From the NCBI GenBank assembly GCA_963815455.1, contig CAWFGO010000002.1:652708-716707 (forward strand): a stretch of DNA of 64,000 nucleotides. The letters run 5' to 3'. Below the pieces are notes generated by a model, which worked only from the letters and a program-made list of their open reading frames with translations, was not told the origin of the DNA and made no database searches. Origin of the DNA: an uncultured Verrucomicrobiae bacterium (GTDB lineage: Bacteria > Verrucomicrobiota > Verrucomicrobiia > Chthoniobacterales > UBA10450). Each line of letters opens with the position of its first letter. The first letter of the stretch is position 1. The position numbers were made by a program, and so were the translations under genes. Of this stretch, positions 8,923 to 19,615 are shown one piece after another.

Positions 8923-10374
8923 ATGAGAATTCTAATGATCAGCGCGGAAGGACCGCCCTTGCAACGCGCCGGAGCGCTGATCGATGTGATGGATGCTTTG
9001 CCGCACGAGCTGCGCGACCGAGGCCATGATGTTAGTGTGGCCCTGCCATTCTATCGCGAGATCCGGGAAAATTCCGCGTTCAAGGAAAAGGACACGGGAG
9101 TGACTGTCGATGTTCGCGTCGGCGAGAAAACATACGTCGCCGAGTATCTCGAGGGACGCAGCCCAGAGGGCGTCCAGTTGTTTCTCGTCCGGTGCGATGA
9201 ATTTTTCGATCGCCCGGAAATTTACGGCGAGCACGGCGAGCCCTACGAAGATAACGCGGCCCGCTTCGTCTTTTTCTGCAAAGCGACCCTGGAACTGGCG
9301 CGCCGGTTGACGCCGGCGGTGCAGATTCTGCACGCGCACGATTGGGCGGCGGCGCTCGTGCCCGTTTTTGTGCATGCCCATCGGTTGCCGTTCAAAACCG
9401 TGCTCACGATTCATCATCTGGCCGAGCAAGGCAGTTTCTGGGGACTCGATTTCGCGCTAACGAATTTACCGGAGCGCTTTTTTACGCTGAACGGCCTCGA
9501 ATATTTCGGGCGAATGAATTTTCTCAAAGGCGGAATCCTCTACGCCGATAAAATCACAACGGTGAGCGAGCATTATCTGCGCGAAATTCAGACGGTGTCG
9601 GGCGGTTGCGATCTCGATGTCGTGCTCCGGGAAAATGCTCATCGCCTTTCCGGAATTCTGCACGGCGCCGATTACGAGCGATGGGACCCCGAAACGGACA
9701 AGCTTCTTCTCGCAAATTACAGTGGCCATTCGCTGGCCGGCAAAAAATTTTGCCGGGAGACGCTCTTGAGCGGTTCACATCTGGCGCCGGAACCGAGCGG
9801 CCCCGTTTTTGGAATGGTCACCCGCGTGGTCCAGGAAAAAGGATTCGAGATTCTGGTGCCGCTTCTCGACCGGCTTCTCTCGGCCGACGTGCGCCTTATT
9901 ATTCTGGGCGAAGGCGATCCGGCCTACGAAACGGCGCTGGCCATCATCGCGCGGAAGTTTCCTTCCAAGTTCGCTTATCGCAAAACCTACGATGAAAAAG
10001 TCGCGCACGTAATCGAGGCCGGAATGGATATCAGCCTGATCCCGTCGCGAATCGAACCGGCCGGGCTAAGCGCGATGTACAATCTCAAATACGGCGCTTT
10101 GCCGGTGGCGCGTGCCACCGGCGGCATCCACGACATCATTGAGGATTACGATCCGACGATGGACAGCGGTTACGGCTTTCTTTGTTACGAACATTCCACC
10201 GAGGCGTTCTGGGATGCGATCAAGCGAGCTCGCGACGTTTTTCAAGATCGCGATCTCTGGACCAAATTGATGAAACGCGCGATGGCGAGAGATTTTTCGT
10301 GGGATGAATCGGCAGCGCGATACGAAGAGCTTTATCGCGAGCTCGTCGGCCAAGAAGACGAAGCGGCGGCCTAG
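8923..10374 (+). CDS. glgA: Glycogen synthase-like glycosyltransferase (GT5)
   Basis: HAHDW, TIH, NFLKGGI, TTVS, SRIEPAGL, TGGI motifs; N-terminal KTGGL motif altered to RAGAL. Confidence 0.85.
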   Translation: MRILMISAEGPPLQRAGALIDVMDALPHELRDRGHDVSVALPFYREIRENSAFKEKDTGVTVDVRVGEKTYVAEYLEGRSPEGVQLFLVRCDEFFDRPEIYGEHGEPYEDNAARFVFFCKATLELARRLTPAVQILHAHDWAAALVPVFVHAHRLPFKTVLTIHHLAEQGSFWGLDFALTNLPERFFTLNGLEYFGRMNFLKGGILYADKITTVSEHYLREIQTVSGGCDLDVVLRENAHRLSGILHGADYERWDPETDKLLLANYSGHSLAGKKFCRETLLSGSHLAPEPSGPVFGMVTRVVQEKGFEILVPLLDRLLSADVRLIILGEGDPAYETALAIIARKFPSKFAYRKTYDEKVAHVIEAGMDISLIPSRIEPAGLSAMYNLKYGALPVARATGGIHDIIEDYDPTMDSGYGFLCYEHSTEAFWDAIKRARDVFQDRDLWTKLMKRAMARDFSWDESAARYEELYRELVGQEDEAAA

Positions 10375-10555
10375 CCTTGCCGGTCAACGCTGCCGAATAA
10401 ACACGCGGGCGGATCGTCAAAACTCCTGCCGCGGAAAGCGGCATTTTGGTGACTTCGTTCAATTGCGATCCATGACCGCGCTCTCTCTGGGACCGACAAG
10501 TTCTTGCAATAGAAATGCCTTTGGTATCTGCTCGGCGATTCCTACCAATGGCGTT

Positions 10556-11782
10556 ATGACTCGCTCGCAATCGCCGTTTAAGCCGATGCTGGCGGGTTTA
10601 TTCCTTGCCTTGGCCCAGATCGCCCTGGCGGTGTTTCTCCTCGCTCCGGAGGGACCGTTTTCCTATCGATATTCCTCTCTTATTCAGCACGACAGTCTCT
10701 GGTTCATGAACATCGTCGACCGCGGCTATGGGACCACGGTGCCGCCGATCGATCATAAAGTGATGGAAGTTTCCAACGTCGCGTTTTTTCCAGCCTACCC
10801 GGCGATTGCCGCCGTCCTTCGTTACGCTTTGCACTTCGATTCCGGTAATGCGCTGCTGATCACGGCGCAGACCGCGGCCTGGGGCTTCTGGACCTACTTC
10901 TTCCTGTTTTGCGAACGCTGGAATCTTTCGCCCACGCTCCAATTTTTCGGCGCGATGTCGATCTTCGCCCATCCGGCGGCTTTCTTCCTGATCGCGGCAT
11001 ATTCGGAATCGCTTTTCCTGATGGCGTTGCTCGGTTTTATGTATTGGAGCAGCGCGGAAGGGCGATCGGCCAAAATCCTGGCCGCAATTCACGGCATCGT
11101 GATGTCGGCGACACGAATTGTTGGAATCCCGTGCGCCGCTTTTCCAGTTGTGCGCTCCGTTATTGCAAAAGGTCGGGCCGGTTTGCGCGACCCACGGGCG
11201 TGGCTCCGCCAGCACACGCAGGCGATTGCTTTGATGCTGGTGGCGACGCTGGGCGCACTCCTGTTCTTTGCCTATTGCCAACTGCGCTGGGGCCACTGGG
11301 ATATTTACATGCTCACGCAAGGAGCTGGTTGGGGAATCGCTCCGGATTATCTCGCGCTGTTCAAGCCTTCGAGTTATCGCTGGTTCGTTCCAGCAATGGA
11401 TGATCCGATCGAAGCGAGCCAGATGTCAGTCACACTCGGCGCCCTGCTCTTTCTTGCGATTGCCATCTGCGAATTCTTCCCCCCGATTCGCAGGCTCACG
11501 AACTGGCCCACTCGCGCCGGAATCTACTTTTGCGCAGCCGTGATCTTTTACGTCTCGTTGAGCGGGGTCGCGGGCGTCTCGATGCAAAGCATGCTTCGCT
11601 ACGAGCTTTGCGTCCACGCGCTGATCGTGCTCGCGCTCGTGAATTTTCTGCACCAATTTCATACCCCGCCCGTCTTCGCACGCGCGCTTGGAATGGCCGG
11701 AGTCGCTTTGACTTGCGCAGCCGGGCTCAGTCTGCAGGGATGGTACATTTGGAATTTCACGCGCGGACATTGGGTGGCCTAA
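10556..11782 (+). CDS. Multi-pass membrane glycosyltransferase (PIG-V/GT-C mannosyltransferase-like)
   Basis: [27 protein letters not shown] motifs; many TM segments. Confidence 0.75.
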   Translation: MTRSQSPFKPMLAGLFLALAQIALAVFLLAPEGPFSYRYSSLIQHDSLWFMNIVDRGYGTTVPPIDHKVMEVSNVAFFPAYPAIAAVLRYALHFDSGNALLITAQTAAWGFWTYFFLFCERWNLSPTLQFFGAMSIFAHPAAFFLIAAYSESLFLMALLGFMYWSSAEGRSAKILAAIHGIVMSATRIVGIPCAAFPVVRSVIAKGRAGLRDPRAWLRQHTQAIALMLVATLGALLFFAYCQLRWGHWDIYMLTQGAGWGIAPDYLALFKPSSYRWFVPAMDDPIEASQMSVTLGALLFLAIAICEFFPPIRRLTNWPTRAGIYFCAAVIFYVSLSGVAGVSMQSMLRYELCVHALIVLALVNFLHQFHTPPVFARALGMAGVALTCAAGLSLQGWYIWNFTRGHWVA

Positions 11783-11789
11783 CATCGAA

Positions 11790-13310
11790 ATGAAAACAAC
11801 TGTTGCCATAATCGGCGCCGGACCGGCGGGACTCACCGCCGCCTATCTCCTGGCCAAAAACGATGTCGATGTTGTCGTTTTGGAAGCCGACCCAGTTTAC
11901 GTCGGCGGCATTTCCCGCACCGCCACCTACAAAGGCTTCCATTTCGACATCGGCGGACATCGCTTCTTCTCAAAATCGAAAGCAGTGGAGGATTTTTGGA
12001 CCGAGATTTTGCCTAACGATATGCTGGTGCGGCCACGCTCCTCGCGCATTTTCTACGATGGCACATTTTTCTCGTATCCACTCAAGCCCTTCGAAGCTCT
12101 TTTCAAGCTCGGCATTCTCAGGTCTGTCCTGTGCATTTTCTCGTGGTTGAGGTCGCGCTTCAATCCGGTGCGAAACCCACGCAACTTCGAAGACTGGGTC
12201 AGCAACCAATTCGGCAAACGGCTATTCAATATCTTCTTTAAAAGTTACACCGAAAAAGTCTGGGGAATGAGTTGCCGGGAAATCTCCGCAGATTGGGCGG
12301 CCCAACGCATTAAAGGTCTTTCGCTTGGAAGCGCGATCAAGAACGCTCTCGTGCCGCAGCGCTATAACGGCGATCGCGCAAAGGTGATTAAGACACTGAT
12401 CAATTCATTCCGTTATCCGCGCCGCGGACCCGGGATGATGTGGGAAACCTGCGCTGAAAAGACCAGGGCGCTGGGTGGCCGGATCGAAATGGGCTGCAAA
12501 GTCACTCGCTGTTCCTACGATGAAATTTCCCGAGCATGGGCGCTCGAGTACCAGGATCGGCAAGGCGCGGCGGCTACGATTGAAGCCGAGCACGTCGTTT
12601 CTTCCGCGCCAATGCGTTCGCTGATTTGCGGATTAACTCCACCCGTGAGCGATCAAGCCAAACGCGCCGCGGAAAGTTTGAAGTATCGCGACTTCTTAAC
12701 GGTCATGCTCATTTTGAAGGAACGAAATCTGTTTGCCGATAATTGGATTTACATCCACGACCCGAGTGTAAAGGTCGGCCGGATCCAAAACTTTCGTTCC
12801 TGGTCGCCGGAGATGGTGCCCGATCCGGACAAGGCCTGTTACGGTCTCGAATATTTTTGCTTCGAGCACGACGGCCTGTGGAATTCGACCGATGCCGATT
12901 TGATCGAACTAGCCAGGCGCGAATTGATCCAGATCGGGCTCGCCGAGGAGAGCGATGTTGTCGATGGAACGGTGGTGCGCCAGAAAAAGGCCTATCCGGT
13001 TTACGACGATGATTACGCGCGCAACGTGGCGACAATTCGCCAGGAACTCGAAAATCGTTATCCGAATCTTCATCTCGTCGGCCGGAACGGGATGCACAAA
13101 TACAACAACCAGGACCACGCTATGATGACCGCGATGCTTTGCGTGGAAAATATTCTGTCCGACACCAAGCTCTACGATCTCTGGCAGGTGAACAGCGACG
13201 CCGAGTATCACGAATCCGGCCCGGCTGCACGTGAAGAAACCACAGGCACCGCGTTGCGCCTCGTCCCGAGTCGCGTCGTCGCCACTCCCGAGCTCGCGCC
13301 GGAAAGCTAA
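11790..13310 (+). CDS. FAD-dependent oxidoreductase (protoporphyrinogen oxidase/UDP-galactopyranose mutase-like)
   Basis: [33 protein letters not shown]. Confidence 0.85.
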   Translation: MKTTVAIIGAGPAGLTAAYLLAKNDVDVVVLEADPVYVGGISRTATYKGFHFDIGGHRFFSKSKAVEDFWTEILPNDMLVRPRSSRIFYDGTFFSYPLKPFEALFKLGILRSVLCIFSWLRSRFNPVRNPRNFEDWVSNQFGKRLFNIFFKSYTEKVWGMSCREISADWAAQRIKGLSLGSAIKNALVPQRYNGDRAKVIKTLINSFRYPRRGPGMMWETCAEKTRALGGRIEMGCKVTRCSYDEISRAWALEYQDRQGAAATIEAEHVVSSAPMRSLICGLTPPVSDQAKRAAESLKYRDFLTVMLILKERNLFADNWIYIHDPSVKVGRIQNFRSWSPEMVPDPDKACYGLEYFCFEHDGLWNSTDADLIELARRELIQIGLAEESDVVDGTVVRQKKAYPVYDDDYARNVATIRQELENRYPNLHLVGRNGMHKYNNQDHAMMTAMLCVENILSDTKLYDLWQVNSDAEYHESGPAAREETTGTALRLVPSRVVATPELAPES

Positions 13311-13348
13311 TCCAGCCAGCGCCGGATTTTGCTCGCGCCTCTTTAGTC

Positions 13349-13513
13349 TGTCATCCTGAGCCGCGCAGACGGCGAAGGATCTCACGAAACGTCCTGCGCT
13401 TGCGTATCTCAAAGGCACCACAACACGAGTGCCTCGCACGTTGATTCTTCAAAGCACGAAAGCATCTCACGCGCACGGGAGATCCCTCGTCGTCTTCGCG
13501 ACTCGGGATGACA
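13349..13513. repeat. TGTCAT...ATGACA palindromic MITE-like repeat
   Basis: TGTCATCCTGAGCCGCG...GGATCTC / GAGATCC...CGCGACTCGGGATGACA terminal inverted arms. Confidence 0.8.
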
Positions 13514-13606
13514 ACAGCGGAATACGCTCCCGAACTCGCACCCGAAGCCAAAGAGATTCCAGTTTTTTCCTTGCTCTACCAAATATTCTGAGGCGTTTAT
13601 TCCCTC

Positions 13607-14225
13607 ATGCCAACGCGGCGCAACCGGCCGAAAGCGGAAAAATTCAACCGTGATGCCGAACTGCCATTTCAATTGCGACTCAAGGATTTCGAGCTCGCGA
13701 TGCAGGACGTTTACGACTTATTCTTCGACGTAAACACGAGCTTGCTCGAAAAGGGTTTAGAACGTCTGGATGATTTCTTGCGGCCGGCGATCATGTCCGG
13801 TCTGCTTTCGGATCTGCTGACTGCAAGTGTCGCCAAGCATTCCCGTACGCTAACGCAAAACAACTACTTTAATGGCCACCCTGACTTGGTGGTGAAAGGA
13901 GTTTATCCGAACGACTCAATCAAGGCTGGAACGAAAGGCGTCGAAATCAAGACGACGCGCAAGGCTGGCGGTGCGGTGGATACACATGGCGCCCGGGATC
14001 AATGGATGGCGGTTTTTGTCTACGACATCGACAATGTCACTGAGCCCGCGCGCGAAAGAGGCCCTATGAGATTCACCGAGATCTACCTCGCGCACGTTTC
14101 AGTCGAAGACTTTCGAAAAAATCCCGCGCGGCGAACTCGGCACCCGCACCGCAACGTTGCATCGCGAAGGAATTCAAAAGCTCCGCGAGAATTGGATTTA
14201 TCGGGATGTCCTAGTCAAATCTTGA
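13607..14225 (+). CDS. Putative PD-(D/E)XK restriction endonuclease (one frameshift near 14124)
   Basis: GHPDL...GVEIKTT motif; corrected C-terminus RGELGTRTATLHREGIQKLRENWIYRDVLVKS*; convergent with a DNA methyltransferase. Confidence 0.7.
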
Positions 14226-15372
14226 GCGCACAAAGTTTCGGTATGGCGGCGCGCGCTATCTCGAAGTAGCGCGGGTCTTTCTCGATGCCGATGCTCTTGT
14301 AACTGAGCGCTTCAGCGGCGGCTAACGTCGATCCTGCGCCAGTGAACGGATCGAGACCGTTCCTTCGCCCATGGGCAAGACCGCGCGCACGATTTTTCGG
14401 ACAAAGGCCTGCGGCTTTAAACTCGGATGCGGCGCGAGAGCGCGCTCTGTCTTACGCGTAGGCGCCGAGGAGATGACATCGCCAAATGGTTGATCCCTTG
14501 ATGGGCGGCGAAAGCCGCCAGTTCTCCATCGTCGCAAATTGTCCTGCACGCGCCCCTCAATCGGTTTGCGGAAAATCAACCACGGCTCCCACATCGAGCG
14601 CGGCATGACGCTGATCTCCGCGAATTCCGTGTGCGCTGCTTTTGGTCGATCACCACCGCGCATGGTCATCGTCAGGCGAATAACTTCGCCGCGGCGTTCA
14701 AATCCCGCGCGCGTCACTGCGCCCGCAACAACGAACGACAGAAGCGGATTCGATGCGATCAAAACGTGCGCGCCTGGAACGAGGATCGGAAACAGCAAAC
14801 GCGCCCACGCAGAAAAAAATCGTTCCAACTCGCCGATATCGTCGCGCGACAAGACTGTAAAACGTGGGAGCGGTGCGCGCTTGTTCCCGTCGAACGAAGG
14901 CGGGATTCGCCAAACTCCACCGCGGCCGGCTCGCAATTTCGCCTGTTCTTCATCGCTATATTCCACCAAGCCGTATGGCGGATCAGTCACAACCGCTTCG
15001 ATGCTGTTCGTCTGGGCGTGCGCCAACCAATCGAAGCAATCGCCATGAATCAAAGTCGCTTTACCGAACCGAAACGCCCCGCGCAAAATTGGAGTATGTC
15101 GATCTTCGCTGGCCGTTTTGCTCCACGAGGGCCAATGAGGTTTGTGCTTCCTCCCGCACCACGTAATGCCCGCGATCCATTTTCTTAAAGAGTTTGGGCG
15201 TATTCAGCCGCAAGTAAGATCGAATCGACGAGGCTGGTGTCGTCCCGATCCGCTGACTGACTCCCTCCGTGATCTCCGCGACCGTCGCGCCGCTCGTTCG
15301 ATAGGCCAGCGTCTCCATGATCGCATCACGCACGGCCCCAGGTTTACGCTTCGTTGGTTTCGAATATTTCAA
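14215..15372 (-). CDS. N6A/N4C DNA methyltransferase (beta class) with probable N-terminal HTH domain; frameshifts near 15090 and 14355
   Basis: VTDPPY, HPSLKP, then in the shifted frame LDPFTGAGST...GIEKD. Upstream 103-aa ORF has an HTH-like segment ATVAEITEGV...SSIRSYLRLN. Confidence 0.85.
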
Positions 15373-15426
15373 TATTCAAAATTAAACGTTTGAAGCGTCT
15401 TTCGGCAATAAATTATTCGGGCTACG

Positions 15427-18275
15427 TCAAATTTCAACCGCCGGACACGAACAAAACAAATTCCGGTCGCCGTAGACATTGTCGATCCTCGCCACCGCGG
15501 GCCAGAACTTGTGGTCGCGTGTCCAGGGCGCGGGAAACGCGGCTTGCTCGCGCGAATAGGGCCGGTCCCATTTGTCGGACGCGATTTGTCGCGCGGTGTG
15601 CGGCGCGTTCTTGAGCAAATTGTTTTCTCGATCCTGTTTGCCGCTGGCGATTGCTTCCATCTCGGCGTGGATCGACATCATCGCTTCGCAAAAACGGTCG
15701 AGCTCGTGTTTCGGTTCGCTCTCGGTCGGCTCGATCATCATCGTGCCCGCGACCGGGAACGAAATTGTCGGCGCGTGAAAACCATAATCCATCAGGCGTT
15801 TGGCCACGTCTTCCACTTCGATTCCTGCGGTCTTCCACTGGCGAAGATCGACAATGCATTCGTGCGCCACGAGGCCGTGTTTTCCTTTAAAAAGAATCGG
15901 GAAATGACGATCGAGTCGCTTCGCGATGTAATTGGCATTTAGAATTGCGACCTCGCTGGCGCGCTTCAATCCCTCCGCGCCCATCATGCGGATGTACATC
16001 CAGGTGATTGTCAGAATGCTCGCGCTGCCGTAAGGCGCAGCGGACACAGGACCGGGAGTATTTCCGATTTTCGATTTTCGATTTTCGATGGTGGGGACGC
16101 CTGGCAAAAACGGCGCGAGATGTTTCGCTACGCCGATTGGGCCCATGCCGGGACCGCCGCCGCCGTGCGGGATGCAAAACGTCTTGTGCAGATTCAAATG
16201 GCAAACATCGGCCCCGAAATCGCCGGGGCGACATAGCCCGACCTGCGCGTTCATGTTCGCGCCGTCCATGTAAACCTGGCCGCCATGAGAATGAACGATG
16301 TCGCAAATCTCGCGAATGGTCGGCTCAAAAACGCCGTGCGTGCTCGGATACGTCACCATAAGCGCAGCCAAATCTTTTGCGTGCTCGTCCGCTTTGGCGC
16401 GGAGATCGGCCAGATCGACATCGCCATCTTTCAAGCAGGCCACGGCAACAACTTTGAAGCCGGCCATGACCGCGCTGGCCGGATTGGTTCCATGCGCCGA
16501 AGTCGGGATCAGGCAGACGTTACGATGCGCTTCGTTGCGCGAGGCGTGATACTCACGGATTGCCAGCAGCCCGGAGTATTCGCCCTGCGATCCGGCATTC
16601 GGTTGCAGCGAGACCGCGGCGAATCCGGTGATTTCAGCGAGCCAGTCTTCCAGTTGCTTGCACATGTCGATGTACCCGGGCGTTTGATCGGCCGGCGCGA
16701 ACGGATGCAGCTTGGCAAATTCCGGCCACGAGATCGGGAACATCTCCGCGGTCGCGTTGAGTTTCATCGTGCAGGAGCCGAGCGGAATCATCGAATGACA
16801 AAGCGACAAATCGCGCGACTCGAGCCGGCGCATATAACGCAGCATTTCCGTCTCGGTGTCGTGCGTGTTGAAGATCGGGTGAGAAAGAAATGACGAATGA
16901 CGAATGACGAATGACGAATCCGAGGATGAATGCGAGCTGTCGGCAAGCTTCGTCCCGAAAATTTCGCAGAGATCCGCCAGATCTTCTTTCTGTGGTCGTT
17001 TCGTCGAGTGAAATGCCGACGGCGTGATCGCCGAGTTTTCGCAAATTGATTCCGGCTTTTGCCGCGCGTCCCAAAATGTCATCAGCGCTCGTGCTGCCAA
17101 GATCGACATGAAGGGTGTCGAAGAAACCCTGGTGAACGATCTTCAAACCGGAATCCGTCAGGCACGGCGGGTCAGGTTGTGCACGCGTTCGGCGATTGCG
17201 CGCAGGCCGCGCGGTCCGTGATAAACGGCGTACATCGCAGCGATCACTGCGAGAAGGACCTGGGCCGTGCAAATGTTGCTGGTCGCTTTATCGCGCCGGA
17301 TGTGTTGTTCGCGCGTTTGCAACGCGAGCCGATACGCGGGGCGGCCTTCGGCATCGTGCGAAACGCCGACCAGCCGTCCCGGCATGTGGCGCTTGTATTG
17401 ATCGCGCGTGGCAAAATACGCCGCGTGCGGTCCGCCGAACCCGAGCGGTACGCCAAATCGTTGCGTGTTACCCACGGCAACATCGGCGCCGAATTCGCCC
17501 GGCGGTTTCAACAATGTCAGCGCGAGAATATCGGCGGCCACGACGACCAGCGCGCCGGCATCATGCGCCTGCTTAACGAATTTGGCGTAATCGTAAATCG
17601 CGCCGTCGGTGGCGGGATATTGAACTAGCGCGCCAAAAATCGTGTCGTCGAATTTGAATCGCGAAAAATTGTCGATCTTGATTTCGATGCCGAGCGGTTT
17701 CGCCCGGGTCTGGGTCACTTCGATCGTTTGCGGATGACAATTGTCGGCCACGAAGAAAGTTTTTCGATCTGAGGCGACGGCATGACAAAGCGTCATCGCT
17801 TCGGCGGCGGCGGTCGCTTCGTCGAGCAGCGACGCATTGGCGATGTCCAGCGCCGTCAAATCCATGATCATCTGCTGGAAATTCAGAAGCGCCTCGAGCC
17901 GGCCTTGAGCAATTTCCGCCTGGTACGGCGTGTAAGCGGTGTACCAGCCGGGATTTTCGAGAATGTTCCGCTGAATTACCGGCGGCGTGACGCAATCGGA
18001 ATAGCCGGCGCCAATGAACGAGCGCGCAAGTTTGTTCTTCTTCGAAATCGCGCGCAGCTCAGCCAGCGCTTCCATTTCCGATTTCGCTTCCGGCAAATTC
18101 AGTTCCCGATCCAACCGGATATTTTTCGGGACCGCGGCGTCGATCAGGCCATCCAGATCGTCGAACCCGACTTCGCGCAGCATCTGGCGCACTTCCTCGT
18201 CATTCGGCCCAATATGCCGGCGCGCAAAGTCCGAGTCGGACTGGCATTGCCGATGCTATTTTCGCGCGCATGCAT
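15427..18275 (-). CDS. gcvP: Glycine dehydrogenase (decarboxylating), glycine cleavage P protein; frameshifted
   Basis: [73 protein letters not shown]. Confidence 0.95.
16060..16087. repeat. Heptamer tandem repeat (ATTTYCG)x4 inside gcvP
   Basis: Encodes [10 protein letters not shown] in frame. Confidence 0.85.
16889..16916. repeat. Heptamer tandem repeat (AATGACG)x4 inside gcvP
   Basis: Encodes [10 protein letters not shown] in frame. Confidence 0.9.
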
Positions 18276-18340
18276 GGCAAGAGATATACGAAGCGCAATC
18301 CGCATTCAAGCGTTCGTGCGTGATCAAGGCGTAAATGCTC

Positions 18341-19552
18341 CTATTTCACGTCGCGCGTTTCTACGCCGTGAGTTTTCAGTTGAGCCAGCAAAAGGGCCAG
18401 ATGGTCGCGGTCGCGTGTTTCAACAGTGCAAAGGACGCGCACGGCGGAAACGTCACTGCTGGCAAAGGCCCGGTCGTGGACGACTTGTTTAATACTGGCG
18501 CCGGCCTCCGCGATCTGGCCGGAGAGATCGGCCAGGCCGCCGGGGCGATCGCTGATAATTGCGGTGAATCGGCAGAGGCGGCCATCCGCGACGAGGGCGC
18601 GCTCGATCACCCGGCTCAGGACATTCGGATCGATGTTGCCGCCGCAGAGCGCAAGCACGACGCGTTTGCCGGCAAACTCTTTCAATTTGCCAGACATGCA
18701 GGCAGCAAGCGGCGTTGCCGCCGCGCCTTCGACGACGCTTTTCTCCAGCTCAACCAGACGCAGAATCGCCAGCGCGATCTCTTCCTCAGTCACGGTGACC
18801 GTAAGATCGACATTCGACTTCGCGATCTTGAACGCGTTCGTGCCGACCTGGGGAATGGCGAGGCCGTCGGCCAGCGTGGGGTGCATGTCGATCTTTACCG
18901 GCTTGTCCGCGCTGAGCGCAGCGGAAAAACTGGCGACGTTCTCCGCTTCCACGGCAATGATTTTCGCGTTTGGTCGCAGGGTCTTTATGGCCAGCGAAAC
19001 GCCGGCAATTAATCCGGCGCCCCCGACCGGTACAACCACAGCATCGAGATCGGGAACTTGCTCGACAATTTCCAGCCCCATCGTTCCCTGTCCCGCGATG
19101 ATCGCGGGATCGTCGTAGCCGTCGATGTAAGCCAGACTTATCTCATTCGCGATCTCGTGCGCGCGCGTCTTGGCGGCGGCGAAATCTTTTCCCCCCAGCA
19201 CGACCGTCGCGCCGAGTTTCTGGCAATTATTTACTTTGATCAGCGGCGCAAATTTCGGCATCACCACCGTCGCCGGGATGCCGAGCAGCTTCCCCTGATA
19301 AGCGAGCGCCTGGGCGTGATTGCCGGCGGAAGCGGCGATGACTCCGCGCTTTTTCTGTTCGGGCGAAAGCTGGACGAGCGCATTGCGCGCCCCGCGCTCC
19401 TTGAAACTTCCGGTCCTCTGCAGGTTGTCGAGCTTGCAGAAAATTTCCATGCCGGTGATTTCGCTCAGGGGAATGGACGACGCGCAGGGCGAAAAATAAA
19501 CCGCATCGGCAATGCGCTGGCGCGCTTCTTCGATGTCCTCGAACGTGATCAC
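18341..19552 (-). CDS. ilvA: Threonine ammonia-lyase with single C-terminal ACT domain
   Basis: LQRTGSFKERGA, ASAGNHAQ, VGGAGL, GGNID, DRPGGL. Confidence 0.92.
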   Translation of the reverse strand: MITFEDIEEARQRIADAVYFSPCASSIPLSEITGMEIFCKLDNLQRTGSFKERGARNALVQLSPEQKKRGVIAASAGNHAQALAYQGKLLGIPATVVMPKFAPLIKVNNCQKLGATVVLGGKDFAAAKTRAHEIANEISLAYIDGYDDPAIIAGQGTMGLEIVEQVPDLDAVVVPVGGAGLIAGVSLAIKTLRPNAKIIAVEAENVASFSAALSADKPVKIDMHPTLADGLAIPQVGTNAFKIAKSNVDLTVTVTEEEIALAILRLVELEKSVVEGAAATPLAACMSGKLKEFAGKRVVLALCGGNIDPNVLSRVIERALVADGRLCRFTAIISDRPGGLADLSGQIAEAGASIKQVVHDRAFASSDVSAVRVLCTVETRDRDHLALLLAQLKTHGVETRDVK

Positions 19553-19615
19553 GCGCTGCAATCTTGGCGCAAGATCGCCAATCGACAACTCCGGCCGTCG
19601 GTGCGGTGTCGGTTT

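Noticed and set aside
15427..18275. Split gcvPA/gcvPB genes or a gcvP pseudogene
   Set aside because: The pieces join by simple indels into a single-chain GcvP, consistent with sequencing error.
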